Source: an uncultured Alphaproteobacteria bacterium (GTDB taxonomy: Bacteria; Pseudomonadota; Alphaproteobacteria; HIMB59; GCA-002718135). Taken from it: a stretch of 64,000 nt of DNA. Both the position numbers and the translations under genes were made by a program. The DNA lies in the NCBI GenBank assembly GCA_902595855.1, contig CACJRY010000002.1:56664-120663 (forward strand), in the 5' to 3' direction. The notes under the pieces were generated by a model. The model saw only the letters and a list, made by a program, of their open reading frames with translations, searched no databases and was not told where the DNA came from. Below are positions 36,802 to 47,855 of the stretch, piece after piece (the stretch's first letter is position 1; each line of letters opens with the position of its first letter).

Positions 36802-37885
36802 TAATATTTTAATAATTACAGGAGGTACTGGCGGTCATGTGTTACCTGCAATTAATTTTTTTAAATACTTAAAAAAACAAAACAAAAAAGTATTTATATT
36901 AACTGACATAAGAGGAAGTAAATATATTAATCATATAAATCAAAATAAAATATTTAAAATTTATTCTTCACATTATTCTGGTAATTTATTCTTTAAACTA
37001 ATAGCTACAATCAAGTTGCTATTTGGTTTTATTCAATCAATAATAATATTTGTTAAACTCAAACCAAAAAATATTATCTCATTTGGAAGTTATGCATCTT
37101 TTACTCCACTATTATGTTTTTTAATGTTTAAATATTTTTTTAGAACTTCTCTATATCTTCATGAACAAAATTCTGTTGTAGGTAAAGTAAATAAAATATT
37201 CCTAATATTTTCAACAAAAATTTTTATGCATTTTGATAAAGAGTATTTAAATATTAAAAAGTATCAAAATAAAATAGCAGTTGTAGGTTTACCAAAAAAT
37301 ATAGAAGTTAACAATTTTATAAATATAAAAAACAAAAACTCTTCTATAATTAATTTTTTGGTATTTGCTGGTAGCCAGGGCTCATTAGATTTGTTAAATA
37401 TTTTTGAAAAAATAATTAAAAATTTAGACAAACTATCAATTTCAAAACAAATTTTTTTTACAATACAGGCACCATTATCAAAACATCTAGAAATTGAAAA
37501 TTTATTAGAAGAACATAACTACAAATTTAAGATAAAAAATTTTTATAATAATTTTGAAGATATATTGGTGCAAACTGACATTGCTTTATGTAGATCAGGT
37601 GCAGGTACTATCAATGATTTAATTACGTATAAAATTCCTGCAGTAATCTGTCCACTACCTAGTGCAAAAGATAATCATCAATATGTAAACGCTGAAATAC
37701 TTACCAATATTAAATGTGCTATTATAGTAGATAAAAATAAAATTAATGATGATGAAATCATGTTATTCATTGACAAATCATTAAATGATAAAAATTTTAA
37801 TAAAAAATTGAAACTAAGTTTTGATACAATTGAAATTAAAAATACAAATAAGTTAATGTGGAATTATATTAAAAATGAAAAATAA
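36794..37885 (+). CDS. murG: Lipid II GlcNAc transferase
   Basis: GGTGGH, HEQN, AGSQG, RSGAGT, HQYVNA. Confidence 0.93.
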   Translation: MSDNILIITGGTGGHVLPAINFFKYLKKQNKKVFILTDIRGSKYINHINQNKIFKIYSSHYSGNLFFKLIATIKLLFGFIQSIIIFVKLKPKNIISFGSYASFTPLLCFLMFKYFFRTSLYLHEQNSVVGKVNKIFLIFSTKIFMHFDKEYLNIKKYQNKIAVVGLPKNIEVNNFINIKNKNSSIINFLVFAGSQGSLDLLNIFEKIIKNLDKLSISKQIFFTIQAPLSKHLEIENLLEEHNYKFKIKNFYNNFEDILVQTDIALCRSGAGTINDLITYKIPAVICPLPSAKDNHQYVNAEILTNIKCAIIVDKNKINDDEIMLFIDKSLNDKNFNKKLKLSFDTIEIKNTNKLMWNYIKNEK

Positions 37886-39260
37886 AAATAAAAAAATAAG
37901 AGTTCATTTTGTTGGAATAGGAGGCATTGGTATGTCAGGTATTGCAGAACTAATGAAAAAAATTGGCTATACAGTATCTGGTAGTGATATAAATGAAAAT
38001 GAAAATGTAAAAAGATTAAGAGAGATTGGCGTTACTGTAAATATAGGACATCATAAAAAAAATATATCAAAAGTGAATGCGGTTGTTTATTCTTCTGCTG
38101 TAAAACAAAATAACCCTGAATTAAAAGAAGCGAAAAAAAATAAAATCCCAATTGTTAGCAGAGCAGACATGCTTGCTGAACTAATGAAAAATAAAAAATG
38201 TATTGCTGTTGCTGGTTCTCATGGAAAAACAACAACAACAAGTTTAGTTGGAAATATTTTAGAAACAGGAAAACTTGATCCAACAATTGTTAATGGCGGC
38301 ATAATAAATTCTATATCTAAAAACAATAAATTTGGTAAGGGTGATTGGATGGTTGTAGAAGCTGATGAAAGTGATGGCTCTTTTTTAAAATTGCCATATC
38401 AAATATCTATAATAACAAATTTAGATATTGAGCATCTTGATTATTATAATTCTTCCAAAAATTTAATTTCAGCATTTGAAAAATTTTTAATTAATCTTCC
38501 ATTTTATGGTGTTGCTATTGTAAATGCAGATGATAAGAATCTTAAAAAAATAATTGCAAGAAATAATACAAGGAAAATAATTTCTTATTCAAGTAAAAAT
38601 AAAACTGCAGATGTTTTTATAAAAAAAGTTATCTTTAAAAAACAATATAGTAAATTTGAATTAAAATTTAACATCTCTATAAATAATTTTTCTGGTTTGC
38701 AGCCTTACACAGTAAAAGCAATAGGATTGCATAATATATATAATTCAACAGCTAGTATTGTTGCAAGTTTGTTAGCAGGTGTAAAAAATAATTATATAAG
38801 GTCTGCATTAACTAATTATATTGGGGTAAAAAGAAGATTTACGCATTTAGGAAAAGTAAACTTATCAAATATTTATGATGATTATGCTCATCATCCAACT
38901 GAAATTTTAGCAACCTTAAAAGGCGCAAAACAGATTAATAAAAATATTGTAGTAGTTTTTCAACCTCATAGATATTCAAGAACCAAAATTTTGTTTGATG
39001 AATTTATAAAAGTTTTATCAAAAATCAAGAAATTATATTTACTTGAAACCTATTCTGCAGGTGAAAAAAAAATTAGAGGTTTTGAAACTATAGATATTTA
39101 TAATAAATTAATAGAAACAAAAAAAAATATATTTTATATAAACGAAAAAGATTTGAATAAAATTATCTATAAAGAAACAAATAAAAAAAATATTATTATA
39201 TTTATGGGTGCGGGTTCTATAAGTAAAATTGCATATAATTTTTTGAAAATAAATGAATGA
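37875..39260 (+). CDS. murC: UDP-MurNAc-L-Ala ligase
   Basis: HFVGIGGIGMSG, AGSHGKTTT, VEADESDGSF, DDYAHHPTEI, FQPHRYSR. Confidence 0.96.
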   Translation: MKNKNKKIRVHFVGIGGIGMSGIAELMKKIGYTVSGSDINENENVKRLREIGVTVNIGHHKKNISKVNAVVYSSAVKQNNPELKEAKKNKIPIVSRADMLAELMKNKKCIAVAGSHGKTTTTSLVGNILETGKLDPTIVNGGIINSISKNNKFGKGDWMVVEADESDGSFLKLPYQISIITNLDIEHLDYYNSSKNLISAFEKFLINLPFYGVAIVNADDKNLKKIIARNNTRKIISYSSKNKTADVFIKKVIFKKQYSKFELKFNISINNFSGLQPYTVKAIGLHNIYNSTASIVASLLAGVKNNYIRSALTNYIGVKRRFTHLGKVNLSNIYDDYAHHPTEILATLKGAKQINKNIVVVFQPHRYSRTKILFDEFIKVLSKIKKLYLLETYSAGEKKIRGFETIDIYNKLIETKKNIFYINEKDLNKIIYKETNKKNIIIFMGAGSISKIAYNFLKINE

Positions 39261-40146
39261 TATTTTGTACGAAATTCAATCAAAAATCAAAGATAAAATT
39301 CTCTATGATTATAATATGGCAAATTCTACTTGGTTTAGAACTGGGGGTAAAGCAAAAGGTTTTATAATTATAAATAAATTGGAGGATCTGAAAACTATAG
39401 CTGGTTATGCAAATAAAATAAAATACTCAATTATTGGAGTAGGCTCTAATCTTTTAGTTAGAGACTCAGGTTACGATGGCTTAATAATTAAATTAGGAAA
39501 AAATTTTAATAAAATTAAAATTAAAAATAATTTTCTAAGTGTTGGCGCAGGTGTTTTAGATTTAAACCTAGCAAAATTTGCTCTAAAAAATTCAATAAAG
39601 GATTTTGAATTTTTTACTGGTATACCCGGCACAATTGGTGGGGCAGTTAAGATGAATGCTGGTTGTTATGGTGGTCAGACATCAGACAATTTAAAAAGAA
39701 TTTTACTCATGAATTCTAAAGGAGAGCTAAAATATGTATATTTGGAAGACTTAAAATTAAATTATAGATCTTCAAATATAGAAAAGAACTCAATAATCTT
39801 GCAAGCAGATTTTAATTTTGAATATTCTTCTTACGAGGAAATTTTAAAAAAAAATATTTATATCAAATCCAAAAGAAAACAAACACAGCCAATAAAGGAA
39901 AAAACTTCAGGAAGTTCATTTAAAAATCCTCCGGATAAATATGCGGCAGAGCTTATTGAAAAAGCTGGATGCAAGGGAATGAAAGTTGGAGGTGCATCTG
40001 TAAGTGATATGCATTCAAACTTCATAATAAATAATGGAAATGCTACTGCAAGTGATATTGAAAGTTTAGGTAAAAAAATCATAAATAGAGTAAAAGATGT
40101 ACATGGGATTGTGCTTGAGTGGGAAATAAAAATAATAGGTGAGTGA
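39253..40146 (+). CDS. murB: UDP-N-acetylenolpyruvoylglucosamine reductase
   Basis: GSNLLV, GIPGTIGGAVKMNAG, TSGSSFKNP, HSNFIIN, LEWEI. Confidence 0.95.
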   Translation: MNDILYEIQSKIKDKILYDYNMANSTWFRTGGKAKGFIIINKLEDLKTIAGYANKIKYSIIGVGSNLLVRDSGYDGLIIKLGKNFNKIKIKNNFLSVGAGVLDLNLAKFALKNSIKDFEFFTGIPGTIGGAVKMNAGCYGGQTSDNLKRILLMNSKGELKYVYLEDLKLNYRSSNIEKNSIILQADFNFEYSSYEEILKKNIYIKSKRKQTQPIKEKTSGSSFKNPPDKYAAELIEKAGCKGMKVGGASVSDMHSNFIINNGNATASDIESLGKKIINRVKDVHGIVLEWEIKIIGE

Positions 40147-41092
40147 ATTGATGAGAGTGTTAATATTACAGGGTGGTTATAATGAGGAGCATAAAGTTTC
40201 AATTAACACTTCCAAACAAATTGCTAGAGCTTTAAAAAAACTTAAGATAGATTTTAAAAAATTTACTGTAAATCCCAATACATTTGAAAAAGATATTTTA
40301 AAATATTCTAAAAACTACATTTGCTTTAACGCTTTACATGGACCATTTGGTGAAGATGGAACTATTCAAAAAATATTAAAAAAAAATAAATTTCGTTTCA
40401 CTCACTCAAATCAAATTTCTTCAGCAAATTGTTTTGATAAGGTAAAATCAAAAAAAATTGTTAAAAAATTTAAAGTTAAGACCCCAATTTTCGAAATTAT
40501 TAATTGTAAAGAAATAACGTCTAAATTTTTGTTAAAAATAAAAAAAAAATACTCAAAATTTGTTATAAAACCAGCTTCAAGTGGCTCCAGTTATGGTTTA
40601 AAAATAATAAAATCTAAAAAAGATTTAAGTATTTTTTTGAATGAACTCACAAATTATAAAAAAAGATTTTCTTCTAATGAAAAAATTTTAATTGAAAAAT
40701 TTATTAATGGAATTGAATTAACAGTATCAGTGCTACAACAGAACTCTACATTAAAACCTTTGGCTGTAACTGAGATAGTTTCTTTGAATTCAACTTATGA
40801 CTATCAGGCAAAATATTCAAAAGGTTTCTCAAAACATTTTATACCAGCCATGATAAATCAAAAAAATTATAAGAAATGTTTGAATCTAGCTTTAAAAATT
40901 CATAAAATATTTAAATGTAATACTCTTTCAAGAATTGATTTTATTTATAATAATAAGCAAGATAAAATTTATTTTTTGGAAATTAATTCTCAACCTGGGA
41001 TGACAAAACTCTCATTATTGCCAGAGCAAGCAGAGTATAAAAAAATAAAATTTGAAAGTATTATTCTAAGTTTAATAAATAATGCAAAATGA
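40139..41092 (+). CDS. ddl: D-alanine-D-alanine ligase
   Basis: GGYNEEHKVS, ALHGPFGEDG, GSS, YDYQAKY, LEINSQPGMT. True start may be the ATG at 40151. Confidence 0.94.
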   Translation: MSELMRVLILQGGYNEEHKVSINTSKQIARALKKLKIDFKKFTVNPNTFEKDILKYSKNYICFNALHGPFGEDGTIQKILKKNKFRFTHSNQISSANCFDKVKSKKIVKKFKVKTPIFEIINCKEITSKFLLKIKKKYSKFVIKPASSGSSYGLKIIKSKKDLSIFLNELTNYKKRFSSNEKILIEKFINGIELTVSVLQQNSTLKPLAVTEIVSLNSTYDYQAKYSKGFSKHFIPAMINQKNYKKCLNLALKIHKIFKCNTLSRIDFIYNNKQDKIYFLEINSQPGMTKLSLLPEQAEYKKIKFESIILSLINNAK

Positions 41093-41859
41093 GATCTAAT
41101 TTTAATAAAAAAAAAATTAATTTTTCTATATTTAGACTAATTAAGTATTCAATTATAATTTTTACTTTATCAATAATATCATTTTTTGTTTATTATAATT
41201 TTTTAGAAAAAAAAATATATAAAGAAATTATTCAAGAGTTTTCTGAAAAAAATAATTATTTGCTTACTTCTTATGAAATTAATGATTTAATGAGAGTAGA
41301 TCAATCAAAAGTAGTTCAAATCATTAGTAGATATTTTGGTCAATCAATTTTCTTAATTTCTCTTAAAAATATTTCTAATGAAATAAATAATCTCAATTGG
41401 GTAAAAAGTGTGAACTTATCTAATAACTTTAAAAGTAAAATTACAGTTGAAATTTTAGAATATGAGCCTTTAGGGCTATATTTCTTCAATAATAAAATTT
41501 ATTATTTCTCTAAAGAGGGAAACATTATTGATGAAACCAAAAAAGATTATGAAAAGTTAATAACTTTTTCAGGAAAAAATGTATTAAATCATGCTGTTAA
41601 GTTACTGGACATTATTGAGGGCATAGAAAATTCTAAATTAAACAACATTGAAGATGCTTACTACATAAATGATAGAAGGTGGAATTTAAAATTTAGTAAT
41701 AAATTATTAGTATTATTATCTGAAAAAAATATTAAAACCTCCCTTGAAAATTATATAAAATTAATAGACCAATTAGATGAAAGTGATATTTTGTTAATTA
41801 AAAGTATCGATTTAAGAGACAATGATAAAGCAATAATAGATTTTAAGAAAAATGATTAA
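41089..41859 (+). CDS. ftsQ: Cell division protein FtsQ
   Basis: N-terminal TM, POTRA-like LNWVKSV...VEILEYEP, RRWNL, C-terminal IDLR; lies between ddl and ftsA. Confidence 0.85.
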   Translation: MRSNFNKKKINFSIFRLIKYSIIIFTLSIISFFVYYNFLEKKIYKEIIQEFSEKNNYLLTSYEINDLMRVDQSKVVQIISRYFGQSIFLISLKNISNEINNLNWVKSVNLSNNFKSKITVEILEYEPLGLYFFNNKIYYFSKEGNIIDETKKDYEKLITFSGKNVLNHAVKLLDIIEGIENSKLNNIEDAYYINDRRWNLKFSNKLLVLLSEKNIKTSLENYIKLIDQLDESDILLIKSIDLRDNDKAIIDFKKND

Positions 41860-43072
41860 AGTTGGTGTAAATATTGGTAATTCTAAAATATCATGTGCAG
41901 TATTCGAAATTAAAGAAAACAAAAAATTTAAAATGTTATCATGTGAAAGTTATCCATCTAAAATTTTAAAAAAAAATTTAATTACTAATTTTGATGAATT
42001 ATTAATTGAAATTAAATCTTTAATTTTCGAATCTGAAAAAAAATCTCAAACAAAAATTAATTCTATTAATTTAAATATCCCAACTTTTGATAGTATCTCA
42101 AAATACTATGACTCAGAAATTGAAATTTTAAAAAATGAAATATCAGAATTAGATATTAAAAAAGCTATAAATAAATCTGATTATCTTCTAGTTAACGAAG
42201 ATTACTACGAATTATATAATAATATCTATGCGTATATCTTAGACAATAATTTACTATCTAGCTCTCCAATAGGTAATTATGGTCAGTTTTTAAAAATATT
42301 ATTTTATAAAATAATAATACCTAATCAAATTTTTAATGGCTATAAAAATATTATAGATAAATTAAACATTAAAGTTGATAATTTTGTACCTTCGCCTTTA
42401 TCTTCTGCTCTAGCTGTTTTAAGTGAAGATGAAAAAACAATTGGATCAATTTGTATAGATCTAGGACATTCAAATACTTCTATATCTATTTTTGAAAATA
42501 ATAATTTTATATATGGAGATAGCATATTAGTAGGTAGTAATAATATCACTAATGATATCGCAAGAGGAGTTTCTACGACAATAGATAGCGCTGAAAGATT
42601 GAAGACATTGTATAGCTCATTAATAAGTGCACCAAGTGATGAATATGAAATTATAGAAGTACCAATAATTTCTGGTGAAAATGACAAATTTGTCCAAATC
42701 AATAGATTAAAAATTAATTCTATTGTCAAGCCACGTGTTGAGGAAACTCTTGAAATGATATGGCAAAAAATTAAGCAAAATAATCTCCATAAAAAACAAA
42801 TTAAAAATGTTGTGTTAACAGGAGGAGGATCTCAACTAGAAGGTATAATTCAATATGCAGAATTGATATTTTCAAGTAATGTAAGAATTGGTTACCCAAA
42901 GAAAGATTTAATTTTTCAAGAAAGTATGAAAAACGCAGCTTTTGCTGATGTAATTGGATGCAGTTTATTTGATCCTGAAATTTATTTGGATAAAATTATT
43001 GAAAAACAAGGAAAAAAACAAAAAAAACAGGGTTTTATTGGTTTTTTTAATTGGCTAGATCAGTATATTTGA
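41852..43072 (+). CDS. ftsA: Cell division protein FtsA
   Basis: NIGNSKI, IDLG, ITNDIA, AERLK, VLTGGGSQL, C-terminal amphipathic FFNWL. Confidence 0.92.
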   Translation: MIKVGVNIGNSKISCAVFEIKENKKFKMLSCESYPSKILKKNLITNFDELLIEIKSLIFESEKKSQTKINSINLNIPTFDSISKYYDSEIEILKNEISELDIKKAINKSDYLLVNEDYYELYNNIYAYILDNNLLSSSPIGNYGQFLKILFYKIIIPNQIFNGYKNIIDKLNIKVDNFVPSPLSSALAVLSEDEKTIGSICIDLGHSNTSISIFENNNFIYGDSILVGSNNITNDIARGVSTTIDSAERLKTLYSSLISAPSDEYEIIEVPIISGENDKFVQINRLKINSIVKPRVEETLEMIWQKIKQNNLHKKQIKNVVLTGGGSQLEGIIQYAELIFSSNVRIGYPKKDLIFQESMKNAAFADVIGCSLFDPEIYLDKIIEKQGKKQKKQGFIGFFNWLDQYI

Positions 43073-43151
43073 TATACTATATGTAGATATTTATAATTGA
43101 CGATTTCGACAACGATTCGTTAAAAAACAAATAAACGGCGGAGATTTATAA

Positions 43152-44828
43152 ATGACAATTAATATTTCATTACAAGATGTAGGCGAAAATCTGCATCCAA
43201 AAATAACAGTTTTAGGTGTTGGCGGATCAGGTGGAAATGCCGTTAATAATATGATGAATTCAAATCTTGAAGGTGTTGATTTTTTAATAGCTAATACTGA
43301 TGCACAAGCATTACAAATATCTTCATGTAAAAATAAAATACAATTAGGACTAAACAGCACTAGAGGTTTAGGTGCTGGCATGAGGCCAGATATTGGCAAG
43401 CAAGCTGCAGAAGAGGCTATTCATGAAATTTCAGAAAAATTAGAAGGAAGCCACATGTTATTTGTTGCGGCAGGTATGGGAGGTGGTACTGGTACTGGAG
43501 CTGCACCCGTTATAGCAAAGCTTGCAAGAGAAAGAGGAATTCTAACTGTTGGTGTGGTCACAAAACCATTTCATTTTGAGGGTTCTCAAAGAATGAAATT
43601 GGCAGAAAAAGGAATTGATGAACTTCAACAATTTGTTGATACTTTATTAACAATTCCAAACCAAAATTTATTTAGAATAGCAAATGAAAAAACTACTTTT
43701 GCAGATGCATTCAAAATGGCAGATGATGTTTTATATGCAGGTGTTAGAGGTGTTACTGATTTAATGGTCCAGCCTGGAATGATAAATCTAGATTTTTCAG
43801 ATATTAAAACTGTAATGTCTGAAATGGGCAAAGCTATGATGGGCACTGGAGAAGCATCAGGAGAAGGCAGGGCAGTAGCTGCAGCTGAAGCAGCAATAGC
43901 AAATCCTCTTATTGATGACGTATCTCTAAAAGGTGCCAAAGGTTTAATAATAAATATTACTGGTGGCAAAGATATTACTTTATACGAAGTAGATGAAGCT
44001 GCTAATAGAATAAAACAAGAAGTAGATGAGGAGGCTAACATTATATATGGAACTACTTGCGATGATAGATTAGATGGTATTGTGAGAGTTAGTATAGTGG
44101 CTACTGGCATTGACTCAAATGTTGGCATAAGCGCAAAGCCATTAGATAGTTTTGCGGCTATAAATATAAATAATGATGTTTATAAATCACAATCAAGTCT
44201 TGATCAAAATATTGAAACTTCAACTCTAAGTAATACTTTAGATAATAATCAGGAAAATACTCATTTTGAAATTAAAAATAGTCAAGATAATGAATTTTCA
44301 AAAGAACATCATAAATTAGAGAGCATTGAAGAAGATTATAATTTAGAAAATTTGCAAGAGAACAAAGATAATACAGATCAAGATGGTGTTTTGAGTCACT
44401 CAAATATTGAGGAGACTTATGATATTGAAGAAAATCTTAAGAATGAAAGTGTTAACCAATACGAAAATGATGAAATTGAAACCACTAATGTAAGTCTATT
44501 ATCAGATAAAATTGACAATATTGATGAAGATCAAATAGAGGAAGAAAATTTAAATGAGACTTCAGTAAGAAGATTAAGCTTATTTGATAACATCTCTACT
44601 GAAACTCCATCTGGCACAGTTGATCAAGCTGAAAAATCAGAACCCGTGATTTCAGAAAATATAATTGTAAAGCAAGATGATGAGAATGCACATGAATCAA
44701 CAGAAATTGAAGAGAGATTAGAGCCTGAATTTAGTGTAACAAGTGATGACTCTGATGAAGATTTTAATCAGGAAACTGAAGAAGAATTATTAGATATTCC
44801 AACGTTCTTAAGAAGACAGGCTAATTAA
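43152..44828 (+). CDS. ftsZ: Cell division protein FtsZ with a long acidic linker
   Basis: [20 protein letters not shown] tubulin signature, C-terminal [13 protein letters not shown]. Confidence 0.99.
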   Translation: MTINISLQDVGENLHPKITVLGVGGSGGNAVNNMMNSNLEGVDFLIANTDAQALQISSCKNKIQLGLNSTRGLGAGMRPDIGKQAAEEAIHEISEKLEGSHMLFVAAGMGGGTGTGAAPVIAKLARERGILTVGVVTKPFHFEGSQRMKLAEKGIDELQQFVDTLLTIPNQNLFRIANEKTTFADAFKMADDVLYAGVRGVTDLMVQPGMINLDFSDIKTVMSEMGKAMMGTGEASGEGRAVAAAEAAIANPLIDDVSLKGAKGLIINITGGKDITLYEVDEAANRIKQEVDEEANIIYGTTCDDRLDGIVRVSIVATGIDSNVGISAKPLDSFAAININNDVYKSQSSLDQNIETSTLSNTLDNNQENTHFEIKNSQDNEFSKEHHKLESIEEDYNLENLQENKDNTDQDGVLSHSNIEETYDIEENLKNESVNQYENDEIETTNVSLLSDKIDNIDEDQIEEENLNETSVRRLSLFDNISTETPSGTVDQAEKSEPVISENIIVKQDDENAHESTEIEERLEPEFSVTSDDSDEDFNQETEEELLDIPTFLRRQAN

Positions 44829-44884
44829 AATCTTGTAATATTTTGTAATATTCAGTTAGTTGAGGAATCTTAAAAAAAATATAG

Positions 44885-44910
44885 AAAAGTGCTGTAAACA
44901 GCACTTTTTT
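44885..44910 (+). terminator. Intrinsic-terminator-like hairpin between ftsZ and lpxC
   Basis: AAAAGTGCTGT-AA-ACAGCACTTTT followed by TT; ends 2 nt before the lpxC ATG. Confidence 0.7.
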
Positions 44911-44912
44911 GC

Positions 44913-45788
44913 ATGATAGCTACAAATCATAAAAATAACAATCAACAAACTATAGCAAGTTCTATCTTTGTCAAAGGCATTGGACTTCACACTGGAAGCC
45001 AAGTTGAATTAAATTTAGAACCTGCATCAGTTGATAATGGTATAAAGTTTATTCGGCTAGATAAAAAAAATGATAACGTGATTGAGGCACTTTGGTCTAA
45101 CGTTTCAGAGACTCTACTAAGTACAACAATATCAAATTCATATGGTTTAAAAATATCAACTATTGAACATTTAATGAGTGCTTTATCAGGCTTGCATATA
45201 GATAATTTAAACATTTATATAAATGCTAATGAGGTTCCTATTATGGATGGGAGTTCAAGACCTTTTGTAGAGATGATTGAAAAAGTTGGGATTAAAAAAC
45301 AAAATAAAAAAAGAAAAATGTTAAATATTAAAAAAACAATTGAAGTTTCTGAAAATAGTAGTTCAGTAAAAATTGTTCCTAATAATCAATTCTCAATAGA
45401 TTTTGAAATTGATTTCCCAAGCCAATTAGTCTCAAAACAATCATGTCAACTTCAATTAATTAATGGCAATTACAAAACTGACATAGCGGCAGCAAGAACT
45501 TTTGGTTTTGAAAAAGATGTTGAGCGTCTAAGATCTAATGGTCTGGCTCTTGGAGGATCTCTTGATAACGCTGTAGTTGTTGGAGAAAATAAAATTTTAA
45601 ATAAAGGTGGTTTAAGGTATGATGATGAGTTTGTCAGGCATAAAATCTTAGACTCAATTGGGGATCTTTACTTGGCCGGTTCACCAATAATAGGGTATTT
45701 TTATGGAAACAAATCTGGACATTATCTTAATAATCAACTTCTAAGAAAACTGTTTTCCGACGAAACAAATTACGAATATATTAATTAG
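44913..45788 (+). CDS. lpxC: UDP-3-O-acyl-GlcNAc deacetylase
   Basis: GIGLHTG, TIEHLMSAL, EVPIMDGS, ARTFGF, RHKILDSIGD, SGHYLN. Confidence 0.97.
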   Translation: MIATNHKNNNQQTIASSIFVKGIGLHTGSQVELNLEPASVDNGIKFIRLDKKNDNVIEALWSNVSETLLSTTISNSYGLKISTIEHLMSALSGLHIDNLNIYINANEVPIMDGSSRPFVEMIEKVGIKKQNKKRKMLNIKKTIEVSENSSSVKIVPNNQFSIDFEIDFPSQLVSKQSCQLQLINGNYKTDIAAARTFGFEKDVERLRSNGLALGGSLDNAVVVGENKILNKGGLRYDDEFVRHKILDSIGDLYLAGSPIIGYFYGNKSGHYLNNQLLRKLFSDETNYEYIN

Positions 45789-47170
45789 ATCATTTTTTTT
45801 GGATCAACAATCCTATCGAATTCTTTCTCAGTTACTAGTTTCAGTTTTATTGCAGCTTGTTTTAATGTTATGTTTTCTTTGAAAGCCTTTTTGGCAATTA
45901 TTGCTGCATTGTCATATCCAATATGTTTATTAAGAGCAGTGACTAACATTAGAGAATTATTTAAATGTTTTTTTATATTTTCTTTATTGATTGAAATATC
46001 TTTTAAGCAATTTTTATTAAAACTATTAATGCCGTCAGAGAGTAGATTGATTGAATTTATTACGTTAAAAATAATTAGAGGTTTAAAGGCATTTAATTCA
46101 AAGTGTCCTTGTGCGCCTCCTTGATTAACTGCTAAATTATTTCCCATTATCTGACAACATACCATACTAAGAGCTTCAATTTGCGTTGGGTTGACCTTTC
46201 CTGGCATAATAGATGAACCAGGTTCATTTGCAGGTATATTTATTTCTCCAAGACCAGATCTAGGACCTGATGAGAGGAATCTTAAGTCGTTCAAAATTTT
46301 AAATAATGAAATAGCTAGAGTATTTATAGATTGAGAAAAATTTACTAAAGAGTCATGATTGGCTATTGCTTCAAATTTATTAATAGCTGGTTTGTATGTA
46401 TTTTTTGTCATTTTATTTAGATGTTTACAGAAAATTTTATCAAAATTTTTGGGAGCATTAATACCAGATCCAACCGCAGTACCTCCTTGCGCTAAATAAC
46501 TTAGCTCTTTTTTAGCTATAACTATTCTTTCATAATTATTTTGAATTTGATAAAGGTAGCCAGAAAACTCATCTCCCATTGTTAATGGTGTGGCATCTTG
46601 AGTATGTGTACGTCCAATTTTAATTATTTTTGAATATGATTTTGTTTTAATGCTTAACTCTTTGATTAAATCTTTTATAGCTGGGATGAGTTTTTTATCA
46701 GTTAATTCATTAGCCGCTATGTGCATTACTGTTGGAAAAGTATCATTAGAAGATTGAGATAAATTTACATGATCATTTGGGTGAATAGGTGATTTTGATC
46801 CAATTTTTCCTTTTAAAAGTTTGATTGCATAATTGCTTATAACTTCATTAGCATTCATGTTTGTTTGTGTACCAGAACCTGTTTGCCATACAGACAAAGG
46901 AAACTCATCGATTAGATTTAAATTAATTACTTGATCACAACCTTTAACAATCGCATTTGATAGACTTTTACTTATCAAACCAAGGCTTTGATTAGCTAAG
47001 GCAGATGCCTTTTTTTGCATACCTAAAGCTATGATTATTTCTTTAGGCATTTTATCATTGGAAATTTTAAAATTCTCTAATGAACGCTGAGTTTGAGCAC
47101 CCCACAACTTTTTTGCGTCTATTTTTTTATTTCCTAAGCTATCAGATTCTGTTCTTTTTTTATTTGTCAT
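45785..47170 (-). CDS. fumC: Class II fumarate hydratase
   Basis: WGAQTQRS, QTGSGTQTNMN, SSNDTFPT, GRTHTQDATP, GSSIMPGKVNPTQ. Confidence 0.98.
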   Translation of the reverse strand: MTNKKRTESDSLGNKKIDAKKLWGAQTQRSLENFKISNDKMPKEIIIALGMQKKASALANQSLGLISKSLSNAIVKGCDQVINLNLIDEFPLSVWQTGSGTQTNMNANEVISNYAIKLLKGKIGSKSPIHPNDHVNLSQSSNDTFPTVMHIAANELTDKKLIPAIKDLIKELSIKTKSYSKIIKIGRTHTQDATPLTMGDEFSGYLYQIQNNYERIVIAKKELSYLAQGGTAVGSGINAPKNFDKIFCKHLNKMTKNTYKPAINKFEAIANHDSLVNFSQSINTLAISLFKILNDLRFLSSGPRSGLGEINIPANEPGSSIMPGKVNPTQIEALSMVCCQIMGNNLAVNQGGAQGHFELNAFKPLIIFNVINSINLLSDGINSFNKNCLKDISINKENIKKHLNNSLMLVTALNKHIGYDNAAIIAKKAFKENITLKQAAIKLKLVTEKEFDRIVDPKKMI

Positions 47171-47225
47171 AGTTTGTTAATAGACAATTTATATAACATA
47201 AACATACTATTAGAATAAATATAAT

Positions 47226-47855
47226 ATGAACAAACTTATTTTGCTCAGACACGGACAAAGTCAATGGAACTTAGAAAATAAATTTACAGGCTGGAAAAAC
47301 GTTCCTTTAACTGAAAAAGGGGAAATGGAAGCCAAAAAAGCAGGGGAATTAATTAAAAAAAACAAAATTCACATCGATTTTATCTTTAGTAGCGTTTTAG
47401 AGAGAGCTAATAAAACAGCTGAAATAGCTATAAAAGAAGCTAATCTTCAAAACCTAATAAATAATAATAAATTAATTATGAACAAACATGAGGATCTAAA
47501 TGAGAGAGATTATGGTGATTTAGTGGGTTTGAATAAAGAAGAGACTGCAAATAAATTTGGTAAAGAACAAGTACACATTTGGAGGCGATCTTATGATACT
47601 CCTCCACCAAATGGTGAAAGCTTAAAGGATGTGGTTGAAAGAGTATCTCCGTATTTTAAAAAAAACATAAAACCACTGCTTGATCAAAATAACAACATTT
47701 TGATAGCAGCCCATGGAAATTCTTTAAGAGCAATGATGATCGAGCTAGGAATGTATAAACCTGAAGAAATTTCTTCTATTGAACTTCCTACAGGCTCACC
47801 TCTATGTATTAATTTAGAAGACTCACAATTAGTTAATTTTTTTTATTTGAGCTAA
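47226..47855 (+). CDS. gpmA: 2,3-bisphosphoglycerate-dependent phosphoglycerate mutase
   Basis: LLRHGQSQWN, FTGW, LNERDYG, WRRSYD, AAHGNSLR. Confidence 0.95.
   Translation: MNKLILLRHGQSQWNLENKFTGWKNVPLTEKGEMEAKKAGELIKKNKIHIDFIFSSVLERANKTAEIAIKEANLQNLINNNKLIMNKHEDLNERDYGDLVGLNKEETANKFGKEQVHIWRRSYDTPPPNGESLKDVVERVSPYFKKNIKPLLDQNNNILIAAHGNSLRAMMIELGMYKPEEISSIELPTGSPLCINLEDSQLVNFFYLS

Noticed and set aside
44150-44790. Very long acidic low-complexity region in FtsZ
   Set aside because: Long disordered C-terminal linkers are usual in alphaproteobacterial FtsZ.
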